From a virus, in IMG/VR virus record IMGVR_UViG_3300035670_000055, positions 1 to 64,000 of that record: a stretch of 64,000 nucleotides of DNA; one strand, given 5' to 3'. The translations under genes and the position numbers were made by a program. Shown piece after piece: positions 31,101 to 40,361 of this stretch (position 1 is its first letter; every line of letters begins with the position of its first letter). The notes below the pieces were generated by a model. The model saw nothing but the letters and a program-made list of their open reading frames with translations, was not told where the DNA came from and made no database searches.

Positions 31101-34100
31101 TCCTGAAAAAATTAAAAAGCAATATGCTGAGATAGATGAAACCGATGCTATGTCTTGGATAGAGGATAATACATATAGAGAAGTTAATATTAAAAAAGGA
31201 CAATGGTCTGACGAAGCTGAAAAATGGCATCAATGGCAAATGGCTTTCACAAGACAAAACTATCCTAATTATAAATATACAAACGATGAATTAAGAAAAC
31301 ATGATGAAGAATTAGTAAATACCCCTGAGCCAGAACATCACATAGAACAAATTAAACCTATTGTAACTGGAAATAAATATGGTTCTAAAGAAATAAATCC
31401 TGTAGGAGATAAACTTTCACAAATGCCTATTTATTATAGTATGGTGAAAGGAACTAACTTGGAAAAATTATACATCAAGATGAAAAAAGAAGACCTTGGT
31501 TATGTAATTGTACAAACAGGAAGAAAATTTGGTTCTGAAGGAACAAATCCTATGTATGTAAATGGTAAGTTTAATGAAGAAGAATATACCAATACAATTG
31601 ATGTAGCATGGGATACTTATGGTGTAATTGTAGAAACTGCTACAGAAGGAGATAAAAAACAAACTAGAGGGTCTCAGATCCCAAAAGTAATTACAATGGA
31701 TATGTTTTCTAATGGTGAAGTTTCTGAGGGATATAATAAAGAAGAAATAATTGCTGCGAATAAAGAATTTAATTCTGCAGAAGAAGATTTAGCTAAATTT
31801 AGATATGAGGAATTGTTAGATAGATTAGGAATTATTGAAGAAGATGGAGAGTTTATTTCTACATCAAATAAAACTATTGCTGAAACATTACAAGAAGAAT
31901 TATTAAGAAGAGATTCTTCTGAAAATGTAAAAGATTCTTTAAAATTAAATGAAGATGAAGAATTTGAAATTCCTTTTGAAGCTTCTCCTTCATATGAGCA
32001 AATTAGAAGTATTCTTTATTCCATGGTGAATAAATCATTTATTTCTCCTAAGATGAATGGTGCTCCACACGTACAAGCTCCTTCTACAATGTTTGAACAA
32101 GAAAATAGAATATTAGCAATTAAAGAAAATGGTGTGTACAGATTAATTGTAACACAAAAACAATATAATTCTTTAAGTGCTGCAGATAAGAAAAATGCCA
32201 TTATTACTCCTGATACAGAAAAATATTTTAATGAATTGGGAGAAGAGCAAAAGAAAACTGCTGTTCTTACAGATAATACGCTGAAGTTCTACACTAAAGA
32301 ACAACCTTGGTGTGAAATCATGTTACCTAATTGGTTCAAAAATAAACTAAAGAAAGGAAAATTAAAAAATGCTTCTGATGAAGATATTATCAACTATCTA
32401 AATAATTCAAAAGAAGGACAAAGAATATTATCTGGAATGGCATTCCGTATTCCTACACAAGCACTTTCTTCTATTGAAAGATTTAAAGTGAAAGCTTTTC
32501 TTCCTCAGTATATGGGACATGCAGTGATTGTACCTACAGAGATTACAAAAAAATCTGGATCTGACTTTGATATTGATAAATTGAACATTTATTTAAAATC
32601 AATTTATGTAGATAATAGTGGTAATCCTAGAATTATTGAATACAAAGGTTCAGAAGAAGAAACAAAACAGTTTTATGCAGAAGTTTTTGAAAAAGGTTTT
32701 GATAAAAAGATTTCTAATAAATCAGAATTGTTAGAAGCAATTGATATTGTTTTATATAATTTAGATGATCCAAAAGATCTTCTTTCTAAACATGGAGATT
32801 ATATTATGTCTTTTAGAGATAAATTTTCTTCTCCTATGGATGTAAGAGATTATTTGGAAAATCAGTTAAAAAAAATAACTGAAGAAGAATATTACAATAA
32901 GAGAAAAGAAGATTATGTAAATAGAATGTATAAGAGTGCTTTAGAAAATAGATATTACGAAGCATTAGAAAGATTATTCGAGCTACAACCTATTGAAAAA
33001 ATTCTTTCTCCTGTAGATGATGGAGGATTAGAAGATGTTTCTAAAAACCTAGATAAATTAAGAAACGATAATGAATCTGCAATAAAAGGAAGATTATTAA
33101 ATAGAAACTATATGTCTAATCTAAGACATGCATTTATCGTAGGAAAAGCATGGGTTGGTATTGCTGCTGTAAATATTACAGGATTATCATTAAGACAAAA
33201 ATCTAAAGTGTATCTAGATCCTAATAGAATTTCTTTGTTAGGAAAAAGAGAACAAGATTTTGTTAAAAACTTAGATATTGCTCTTCCACATAATACAATG
33301 GTATTAGAGAATGGACAAAAGGTAGTTTCTTTATCTGGATTAAAAACAGCAGATGGAACACAGTATCTATCTGATAGGTTCTCTGGATATGCTACAGCGT
33401 TTGTAGATATTGCAGCAAATCCATTCATTTCTAAGATTATTAAGAGTGATATTGTTATTTCTACATTTATGTTATTAGAAGCTGTAGGTGCTGGTAATAA
33501 AGGGGTGTATTTCTTAAATCAACCAATTATAGAAGAGTATTTAAAATTATTAGATAAAGAAGGAACTAAATCTGTAGTAAATGAAAATAACATTAAAAAA
33601 GTAAAAGAATTATTTCCTGCTAATGAAAAAGATATAAAATATGTAAAAATATCTCCAGAAGGATTAGAACAAAATATTGCAGACTATTATAAAAATGGTA
33701 AATTAAGACCTACAAAAAATGCAGAACAGCAAAAAATATTAGATGAATTTATTAAATATAAAATATTAGCAGACCAATTGTTTGAGTTTACACAAGCGAC
33801 AAACTATGACACTACTAGATTAACAGGTGTAGATTCTTTATATAAAAAAGAATTACTTACTAAAAAAGTAAGAGAAAGAAATATTATTGCTAATATAGAT
33901 GGTGTATTAAATGAAACTTTTATTGGTAATCTTACTAACTTGCTATCAAAATCTACACAAGCAATGGGAACTATCTTTAAATTAGATGAACCAAAAATCA
34001 GAGCTTATGTATTAGATACAGTGAAAAGATATGCAACTAAACCATTTATGTCTAATGATGATTATGAAAGAATAACTAATTTAATTAGAAGTTCTTTCTT

Positions 34101-35253
34101 AGATTATATTATTCAATCTCATTCTACATTAAATAAAGAAATTTCTGATTTATTATTAAATGAATCTACAAATATTGCTACACAATTAGAACTAATGAAA
34201 TCTAAATATCCAGGTATATCAATTCTACAAGATTTTGAAGTGGTATCTGGAAATAGAGAAAATAGTGCTAAGACAGTTAAGTTAAAAGTTAATTTAAAAG
34301 GAGATGTATTTGCTGAGAATCATTATATTGCTAAAATGAATGAGTTAAGAGATTATAATACGGAACTTAATGAATTCTACAATAATTTAATTAGAGTGGC
34401 TATATTACAAGGAAATTCACAATCTGCTATTTCTTTTAAAAATATTATTCCTGTACAAGATTATGCTAAAATTATTACACCAATTATAAATAATATAATG
34501 CCTGGTGCAAGATTGGATAATTTTACAAAATCAATGTTTGAAAGAAATAGTTTTACAAATGAAAATGTATTTGTTCCAGCTAAAATATTTTATGCTAAAG
34601 AAAGTCAAGGTGGTGGTTTATGGCTTCCTGCATTTGATTTTAGCAAATATAAATTTAATTCTGATGAAAGACAATTACTAAAACTTTCTGAGAAATTTAA
34701 TTTTACACAAGTTAGTTCTGATTTTGTAAAAGTTCCTAGAGTGTTCAAAACTAAGGTGGGAGTAGTTGATGAATTTGGAGATACAGACACACAAGAAAGG
34801 TACATAGATATATTATCTGGAAAAGTAATGAGACCAGAAGACTGGAAACAAGCTAAAGAAAAAGGAGACCAATCTTTAAATGACGTGTTTTATTACAAGA
34901 AAGTATATACAAATGAAGTAGACCAATTTGGAGAAAGAATTCCATTAAAAATATGGAATGGAGATGGAAAGGTACTAGCATTTGAACAAGTGTATAAACT
35001 AATGAATGTATATGGAGATAGTTTTAGAGCTGCTGAATATCCTTCTTCTAACGTAAGTTCTATATTTGATAATGGTTCTATTAAAACAAGAGAATTAACA
35101 GATGAAGAAATTGTAGATGCTATAAAAAATCCTGGTAAGAAAAAGGAAATTGTTACTGATTCTTTGAAAGATGAAGAAAATTCATTATCTTTACCAACAG
35201 AAGAAGATCTTGGACTAAATACAGATTTATCACAAGATGATTTTAAATGCTAA
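28132..35253 (+). CDS. virion DNA-dependent RNA polymerase (crAss-like) with N-terminal ADP-ribosyltransferase-like domain
   Basis: RIPTQ...GSDFDIDKL catalytic motif (DFDID 32563-32577); ATAFVDIA; N-terminal YHG..F..F..G.GFYF. Confidence 0.9.
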   Translation: MSCIITYKGQKYSEEQFKEYFINNKQEFITSIANNKDVVDSFKRKMEGIDFVFSQSPELASIGSKAQYLQYLSTIFKTSQVKDIVYHGSDTKIDRFDKKFIGTGAGLHLGRGFYFDISKDSAKFYTETVANKTLKSYNPSIINLTNPQESKALLRNPDYVNYDGVKDITGQLVVFEPEQIHILGSQADIEGFKEFVSKNGSSTTPQYRVVEGLSEEQVNDLSDDIIGTIAELIYGREDYTKQLLFNPEEISGKGIFAEIKRRHEEAGLIDAIGENRWNQIKERAIDKLRTLGVSFEEDVDINDENASQKEYEREAFVVDWKKTSSAAIRFSLATIPQRVQMNQANSLELVFPDNENDGFVLSESLGDYGGYKLVDFSRVFATLMDKLSNTNSPEEFVRKLVELAETDTTYLSVFARLGGNLSSKSIDFSNMTNKYDVKYFTQFYNLFSKQKPETLIQYINDGEIYSNNANLFSAVTEITNGWINNIKALSKSEDSLISYDRNQKIYKIDSEKIKSFPIRKASDRINLLNAIGINFDLQTYNLLSDEPETIGKRRVSQKEQFDTAVDKISEYLGSNPDIMTLKGNTLGISGPLRTLSRLYIVATNPNQDSTFFGVNNQRKGSYAENNAASFFENDFNESETIDELLEKRPELNGYFSKGSQILKKGGLFFDEDGNRIAKLKLLTIEGLKNIDEGKNKGISKLTLSERATQEINQNLNGNYYVLVPGDGSTEWMMNLGNIISFEEVEAGVYSKKLEEIFINGYLMDEVNLVLFGKNNTVTVKKKSKELRFMKDILSDKQVKEIEDLLSKDATTLEQIEKYIKDNKKELVNSVEQFVKNVNEETFNNLINSSQIEQIEEDEFVLNKFDSEFIKEKGLSTASKERVDNFINFLNLNYIINNIEYHKFIFGDPYQYKIKGDGSLDETKRIKMYLSPRRRLLDLREFNDIFNIDYNKVGDIELDKKDPTYHTFKSYTKTATLSDVEVNGSVSRGDFPEKIKKQYAEIDETDAMSWIEDNTYREVNIKKGQWSDEAEKWHQWQMAFTRQNYPNYKYTNDELRKHDEELVNTPEPEHHIEQIKPIVTGNKYGSKEINPVGDKLSQMPIYYSMVKGTNLEKLYIKMKKEDLGYVIVQTGRKFGSEGTNPMYVNGKFNEEEYTNTIDVAWDTYGVIVETATEGDKKQTRGSQIPKVITMDMFSNGEVSEGYNKEEIIAANKEFNSAEEDLAKFRYEELLDRLGIIEEDGEFISTSNKTIAETLQEELLRRDSSENVKDSLKLNEDEEFEIPFEASPSYEQIRSILYSMVNKSFISPKMNGAPHVQAPSTMFEQENRILAIKENGVYRLIVTQKQYNSLSAADKKNAIITPDTEKYFNELGEEQKKTAVLTDNTLKFYTKEQPWCEIMLPNWFKNKLKKGKLKNASDEDIINYLNNSKEGQRILSGMAFRIPTQALSSIERFKVKAFLPQYMGHAVIVPTEITKKSGSDFDIDKLNIYLKSIYVDNSGNPRIIEYKGSEEETKQFYAEVFEKGFDKKISNKSELLEAIDIVLYNLDDPKDLLSKHGDYIMSFRDKFSSPMDVRDYLENQLKKITEEEYYNKRKEDYVNRMYKSALENRYYEALERLFELQPIEKILSPVDDGGLEDVSKNLDKLRNDNESAIKGRLLNRNYMSNLRHAFIVGKAWVGIAAVNITGLSLRQKSKVYLDPNRISLLGKREQDFVKNLDIALPHNTMVLENGQKVVSLSGLKTADGTQYLSDRFSGYATAFVDIAANPFISKIIKSDIVISTFMLLEAVGAGNKGVYFLNQPIIEEYLKLLDKEGTKSVVNENNIKKVKELFPANEKDIKYVKISPEGLEQNIADYYKNGKLRPTKNAEQQKILDEFIKYKILADQLFEFTQATNYDTTRLTGVDSLYKKELLTKKVRERNIIANIDGVLNETFIGNLTNLLSKSTQAMGTIFKLDEPKIRAYVLDTVKRYATKPFMSNDDYERITNLIRSSFLDYIIQSHSTLNKEISDLLLNESTNIATQLELMKSKYPGISILQDFEVVSGNRENSAKTVKLKVNLKGDVFAENHYIAKMNELRDYNTELNEFYNNLIRVAILQGNSQSAISFKNIIPVQDYAKIITPIINNIMPGARLDNFTKSMFERNSFTNENVFVPAKIFYAKESQGGGLWLPAFDFSKYKFNSDERQLLKLSEKFNFTQVSSDFVKVPRVFKTKVGVVDEFGDTDTQERYIDILSGKVMRPEDWKQAKEKGDQSLNDVFYYKKVYTNEVDQFGERIPLKIWNGDGKVLAFEQVYKLMNVYGDSFRAAEYPSSNVSSIFDNGSIKTRELTDEEIVDAIKNPGKKKEIVTDSLKDEENSLSLPTEEDLGLNTDLSQDDFKC

Positions 35254-35268
35254 AATAAATATTAAACT

Positions 35269-38200
35269 ATGGATTTTTGTAAAATTGGAATAGATAACGC
35301 AGTAAATAGAGCTATTAAAAATAATCCAGATTATTCTTATGATGAAAAAAGTGGAATTATTGAAATAAGTGATAATCCTAACAAAGATTTAAATCAATAC
35401 ACATCAATTAGATTTGCAAAAGGAATAGCTGCACAAATTAATAAATTTATAAACGATGGAGAAAAGGCAATTGGAAGAATTGCCTATTCTTCTTTTTATA
35501 AAGGAAGAGGAGTTGTAAGAATTGTTCCTACTAATTCACAATTAGAATTAATTAATTCTAATGAAGAAAAAAAATATATAGAATTAGAAGATAAAATACA
35601 AGAAGAATTATTACAAGAAGAATTTAGAAAACTTGCAGAAGAATCTAATACATATCTGGATGAAGAAAAAGAAGTAGTTTATGAAGATCCTTTATTACAA
35701 TTATCAGATGAAAATTTAAAACCTGTCTCTCCAAAAATGTTAAAATTTGTAAAAGAATTTATTAAACAGATTGGTGTAGATTATCAAAAGGTTGATAAAA
35801 TTGTTGTAAATGGAAAAGTTATAGATGCTAATGGTATTGCTCGAATGATGAGTAAACTTATTCAAGTGGTTGAAGGAAAAGAATCTGTAGCTCTTCCAGA
35901 AGAAGCTATGCACTTTGCTGTAGAGATTATAGAACAAACTAATCCAAAATTATTTGAACAAATGTTGAAAGATATAAATGGAGAGGAAATTTATAAAGAT
36001 GTATTAGAACAATATGGTAAAAATCCATATTATCAAAAAGATGGTAAACCAGATATAAGAAAATTAAAAAAAGAAGCTATTGGTAAATTACTAGTAGATA
36101 AAGTTTCCAGCATAAAAGCACAAACTTGGTGGGATAAAATTGTAAAATTCTTAAAAGAACTATTTAATAAACCACAGATGGATGGTGTAGATAGTCTTAC
36201 ACAATTTGCAGAAATGATTGTATCTGGAGAAGATTTTGGCACTGTAAATGATATTAAATCTTTAGAAGATTATTTCCAATTAAATGAACAAGATAAAGTA
36301 TTTAATAAATTAAAAGATTTAGATAATCAAATAACAAAAGAAGATGATGGTGTAAATGATGATGGAGATCCAAGACAAAGTTATTTTATAGGTGATAAAA
36401 AAATTAAATATAGAGTTACAGATTTTGTAAGTGATTGGTATTTAAAAATATTTGGTAATGAACAAACAGAATATCAAAAAAGACTAGCAGAATTAAAAGC
36501 AGAAGAAGGAACAAAAGGACATTATCATTTTGAAAAAGCATTTGATACATTTGTAGATTCTGATACAGGATTACTGAGAGAAGATTTTTTAGAAGATGAT
36601 GATCAATATTTATCTACTTTATCACAGGTAGATAAAGATGTGTATGCTACATTAAAAGAAAATTTAAGAGATAGATTATTATCTTTTCCTGAAGGAAGTA
36701 AGTTCTTAAAAGAAACAAAAATATATGATGGTAAAGAAACTGCTGGTACAGTGGATTTATTAATTGTAGAACCTTCTGGTAAAGTTAGTATTATTGACTG
36801 GAAATTTATAGACATAAATACTGATAAATATGAAGATGTTCCTTGGTATAAAGTTAAAGCTTGGAATCTTCAAATGGAAAAATATAGAGGTATTCTTACT
36901 AAGAATTATGGAGTAAAAGAAGAAGATTTTAAGCAAACAAGAATGATACCTATTCTTGCTATGTACACAGATGCTGATTATCAGGGACAAAATCTTCCTA
37001 AATTAAGAGGAATTAAAATAGGTTCTGTAAATGTTGATAATATTAATGAAGATTATTTACTATATGTAGGATTTAAAGAAAGAACAGGGGATGAAAAAAT
37101 TGATAATTTATTAGATAAAATGAATAGTGTTTATTCTAAAATATCTAATGAAAAAGTATCTCCACAAGATAGACCTTTAAAAAATGAACAACTAAACTCT
37201 TTATATAAGGCTATTAGACACTTAGAAATAAAAAAAGATATTATCCCTTTAATTAATCAAGGAAAGGTGCTAAATAAACAAGTTAGTAATTTTATTAAAA
37301 AATACAATGATAATATAAAAGATAAATCTAAAGAAGAATTAGAAAAAGAAACAATTAATGAGTTTGCTGGAATGATTAGAGTGCACATGGAAGCTCTACA
37401 ACCATATTTAGGTATAAGGCAATTAAAGTATTTATTAAATGAAACTAATCCTGAATTTAATGAAATAAAATCAAAATTAAGAGATACGATAGAAGATGTA
37501 CAGGATTATCTGGATCAACTAGAATCTATAGATAAAGAATTTGGTAAAAAGTTTGTAGGAGCTAGTTACACAGCAGAAAAAGTTGTAAAAGGTATTACTA
37601 GATGGTTTGGTAATGCTGCTACAATTCAATTAGAGAATTTACAAAGATTATTTACATTAGCTAATGAAGCAACAGCAATTTCTAATTTCGAAGTGAGCGA
37701 TGAAGTAAAAAAATTAGAAGAACTTAAAGAAAAATATATTAATTGGGCTAGGTCAAAAGGATTATCTACAAAAGATTATTTTAAAATGATAATAAAGAAT
37801 GACAAAAATGAGCTGATTAATCAATACGATTCTAATTTTTATAAAGAATTAAAAACTGCAGTTGCTAAAAAAGATTTTAGATGGATATTAGATAATGTGG
37901 ACAAAGTCGAAGTTATTAAAAAAATAAAAGAACAAGAAGAAAGAGAAATAGACGCAGCTTTAAACTATCCTGTTGTTGGTTCTGAGGAGCATGTAAAAGC
38001 AGAAATCAATAGAAAAATAGCCAAGATTAAAGATAAATATGATGTTTCTACATCTACATCTAAAGGTTGGTTACAAGAGCAATTTATAAAAATACCAACG
38101 GAGAAATGGGAATCTCAGGAATGGAAAACATTACATGAAAAAGATTCTTCTGGAAATTATGTAAATCAACCAGCTATAGATTTTTATAATTATATTGTAG

Positions 38201-40266
38201 AAAAAAATAAGTTATATAAAGAAATAGGATATTTAACAGGTAAATCAGCTAGAACATTTCTTCCTTGGATAAGAAAAGGATTTTTAGAAGGAGTAATATT
38301 AGATGGAAAACCACAAGGTTCTCTAGATCAGTTTTTAAGAAATATTTCTGTAGATGAAAATGAAACTGCTTATGGACAGATAGATCCTATTACAGGAAAA
38401 GTAATTGATACTATTCCTATTCATTTTGTAAATCAATTAGATGGAAAATATTCTACAGATTTATTTTCTACAATGTTTTTATATAATGAATTTGCAATTA
38501 AATATAAAAATCTTTCTCAAATAGAAGAACAAGCTAGATTATTGTTAAGGGCAGAACAAAATAAACAATCTATAATGACTTCTATGTTTGGAAACGTTAT
38601 AAAAAAGGGAGAAGGATTTGATTTTAATAATAATAATTTAGAAAATACAAAACTTTATGAATCATTCATGAAGTCTATTATTTATCAACAAAAATATATT
38701 AATGATTCTGAATTTGACATAATAATTGGTAAAATATCTGGATTTGGTAAAAAATTTAATGATAAATTAGGAATGAAAATATTTCCTGAAGCTATGGAAT
38801 CTAGATATTTAACAGTAAATAAAACATTAGATCAAATGAATAGAGCTTTCCAGTTACAGGCGTTAGGACTAAATGCTCTTTCTTCTATTTCTAACATGTT
38901 TGGTGGTACAGCTAATGCAATGATTAATGCTGGTAAATATTTTACTAAAGATGACTATTTAAAAACACAAGCTAAATTTCTTTGGGAAAAATTACAAGGA
39001 GATGAAAATGCTGGTAAAATATTAGCTGCTGTAGATTATTTTGCTCCATTTGTAGATAATTATAACAAAGAAGCTAAAAAGAAATTATCTCTTATGAAAT
39101 TAACTCCAGAAGGGATACAAGATTTTCTTATGGTTGGTCTTAGAAAAGGAGATGAAATGATTCAATATATGAATGCTTTTACGTTTATAAAGAATATGAT
39201 TGTTGTAGATGGACAGGTAAAAAATGTTAGAGAATATTTAAGAAGTACAGATGAGTACAAAGATTTTTATGCTGGTAATGCAGAGCAGAGAAAGGAAAGA
39301 AAAGAAAAATTTGAAGAAGATGTTAATAAGTTAATTGAAGAAAAAGGATTATTAAATGTCTCTAAACTATCAGAAAATGGCACATTAGAAATACCTGGTA
39401 TAGAAAGAAAATCTGATTCTATAATAGAACAAAGAAGAATCATACAACAGTTTACTTCTGATGCATTAGGTTCTTTAACAGAAGAAAATAGAAGATTGAT
39501 TAACATGAATGTATATGGTTCTTCTTTAATGGTATTTAAAAACTGGATTCCTAGATTGGTAGATGTTCGTGTAGGAGGATTAAAGTATAATGCTGCATAT
39601 CAAGCTTATGAATGGGGTAGATATAGAACATTTTATAGTATGCTTATTCCAGATATATTAAAGACTATTAAGAGCCTCACAGGAGCTGTAACTGGAAATA
39701 GTGATGTTTGGTTAGAACAAGTTAGATCAATGTTTGAAAAACAAAAAGAACAATATTTTAATAGTACAGGGAAAGAATTAAAAATGACAGAATCAGAATT
39801 TATTTCACTTGTAAATCAAAATATTAAAAACCAAGCATTAGATTTAATGATTTTAACAACATTATTAGCAATTGGTACAGTAGCAAAAGCTATGGCTCCA
39901 GATGATGATGAAGATGAAAATGTAAAAAATGTTTATAAATTTATGTTAAAAGCTACAGATAAAGTGACAGATGAGGTTTCTTATTTTTATAATCCTATGA
40001 CACCATTTAATTTAATTTCTACAAAAGGTGTGTTTCCTTCTGTAGGAATTTTAAATAATTATGCTAAATTCTTAAGAGATTTCGCTTTAGAAAATTATGG
40101 AATGATTATTAATGATGATGAAATTATAGATGATGCTAAACCAATTAAATATTTAATGAAATCTTTTCCTGTATCATCACAGGCTGCTTCTTATTTACCA
40201 ATGTTCTATCCAGAACTAGCAAAAGATCTTGGTATTAGAATGCAATCTACTTATGGTGTTAGATAA
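35269..40266 (+). CDS. giant ejected cargo protein with zincin-like and PD-(D/E)xK nuclease-like domains
   Basis: LPEEAMHF..EAIGK; GT..H..FE, AGTVDLL...IIDWK...Q..Y; hydrophobic C-terminal helices. Confidence 0.75.
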   Translation: MDFCKIGIDNAVNRAIKNNPDYSYDEKSGIIEISDNPNKDLNQYTSIRFAKGIAAQINKFINDGEKAIGRIAYSSFYKGRGVVRIVPTNSQLELINSNEEKKYIELEDKIQEELLQEEFRKLAEESNTYLDEEKEVVYEDPLLQLSDENLKPVSPKMLKFVKEFIKQIGVDYQKVDKIVVNGKVIDANGIARMMSKLIQVVEGKESVALPEEAMHFAVEIIEQTNPKLFEQMLKDINGEEIYKDVLEQYGKNPYYQKDGKPDIRKLKKEAIGKLLVDKVSSIKAQTWWDKIVKFLKELFNKPQMDGVDSLTQFAEMIVSGEDFGTVNDIKSLEDYFQLNEQDKVFNKLKDLDNQITKEDDGVNDDGDPRQSYFIGDKKIKYRVTDFVSDWYLKIFGNEQTEYQKRLAELKAEEGTKGHYHFEKAFDTFVDSDTGLLREDFLEDDDQYLSTLSQVDKDVYATLKENLRDRLLSFPEGSKFLKETKIYDGKETAGTVDLLIVEPSGKVSIIDWKFIDINTDKYEDVPWYKVKAWNLQMEKYRGILTKNYGVKEEDFKQTRMIPILAMYTDADYQGQNLPKLRGIKIGSVNVDNINEDYLLYVGFKERTGDEKIDNLLDKMNSVYSKISNEKVSPQDRPLKNEQLNSLYKAIRHLEIKKDIIPLINQGKVLNKQVSNFIKKYNDNIKDKSKEELEKETINEFAGMIRVHMEALQPYLGIRQLKYLLNETNPEFNEIKSKLRDTIEDVQDYLDQLESIDKEFGKKFVGASYTAEKVVKGITRWFGNAATIQLENLQRLFTLANEATAISNFEVSDEVKKLEELKEKYINWARSKGLSTKDYFKMIIKNDKNELINQYDSNFYKELKTAVAKKDFRWILDNVDKVEVIKKIKEQEEREIDAALNYPVVGSEEHVKAEINRKIAKIKDKYDVSTSTSKGWLQEQFIKIPTEKWESQEWKTLHEKDSSGNYVNQPAIDFYNYIVEKNKLYKEIGYLTGKSARTFLPWIRKGFLEGVILDGKPQGSLDQFLRNISVDENETAYGQIDPITGKVIDTIPIHFVNQLDGKYSTDLFSTMFLYNEFAIKYKNLSQIEEQARLLLRAEQNKQSIMTSMFGNVIKKGEGFDFNNNNLENTKLYESFMKSIIYQQKYINDSEFDIIIGKISGFGKKFNDKLGMKIFPEAMESRYLTVNKTLDQMNRAFQLQALGLNALSSISNMFGGTANAMINAGKYFTKDDYLKTQAKFLWEKLQGDENAGKILAAVDYFAPFVDNYNKEAKKKLSLMKLTPEGIQDFLMVGLRKGDEMIQYMNAFTFIKNMIVVDGQVKNVREYLRSTDEYKDFYAGNAEQRKERKEKFEEDVNKLIEEKGLLNVSKLSENGTLEIPGIERKSDSIIEQRRIIQQFTSDALGSLTEENRRLINMNVYGSSLMVFKNWIPRLVDVRVGGLKYNAAYQAYEWGRYRTFYSMLIPDILKTIKSLTGAVTGNSDVWLEQVRSMFEKQKEQYFNSTGKELKMTESEFISLVNQNIKNQALDLMILTTLLAIGTVAKAMAPDDDEDENVKNVYKFMLKATDKVTDEVSYFYNPMTPFNLISTKGVFPSVGILNNYAKFLRDFALENYGMIINDDEIIDDAKPIKYLMKSFPVSSQAASYLPMFYPELAKDLGIRMQSTYGVR

Positions 40267-40289
40267 AAGATATTCATATGCTATATTAT

Positions 40290-40341
40290 ATAATCTATTT
40301 TGTAATTAATTTTTTAATTACAAATAGATTATGTAAATTTG
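40290..40341 (+). promoter_or_regulatory. long inverted repeat plus -7 promoter element
   Basis: ATAATCTATTT(T)GTAATTAA / TTAATTACAAATAGATTAT, then TAAATTTG (40334-40341). Confidence 0.55.
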
Positions 40342-40361
40342 TTAACCTATAGAAATAAAAA

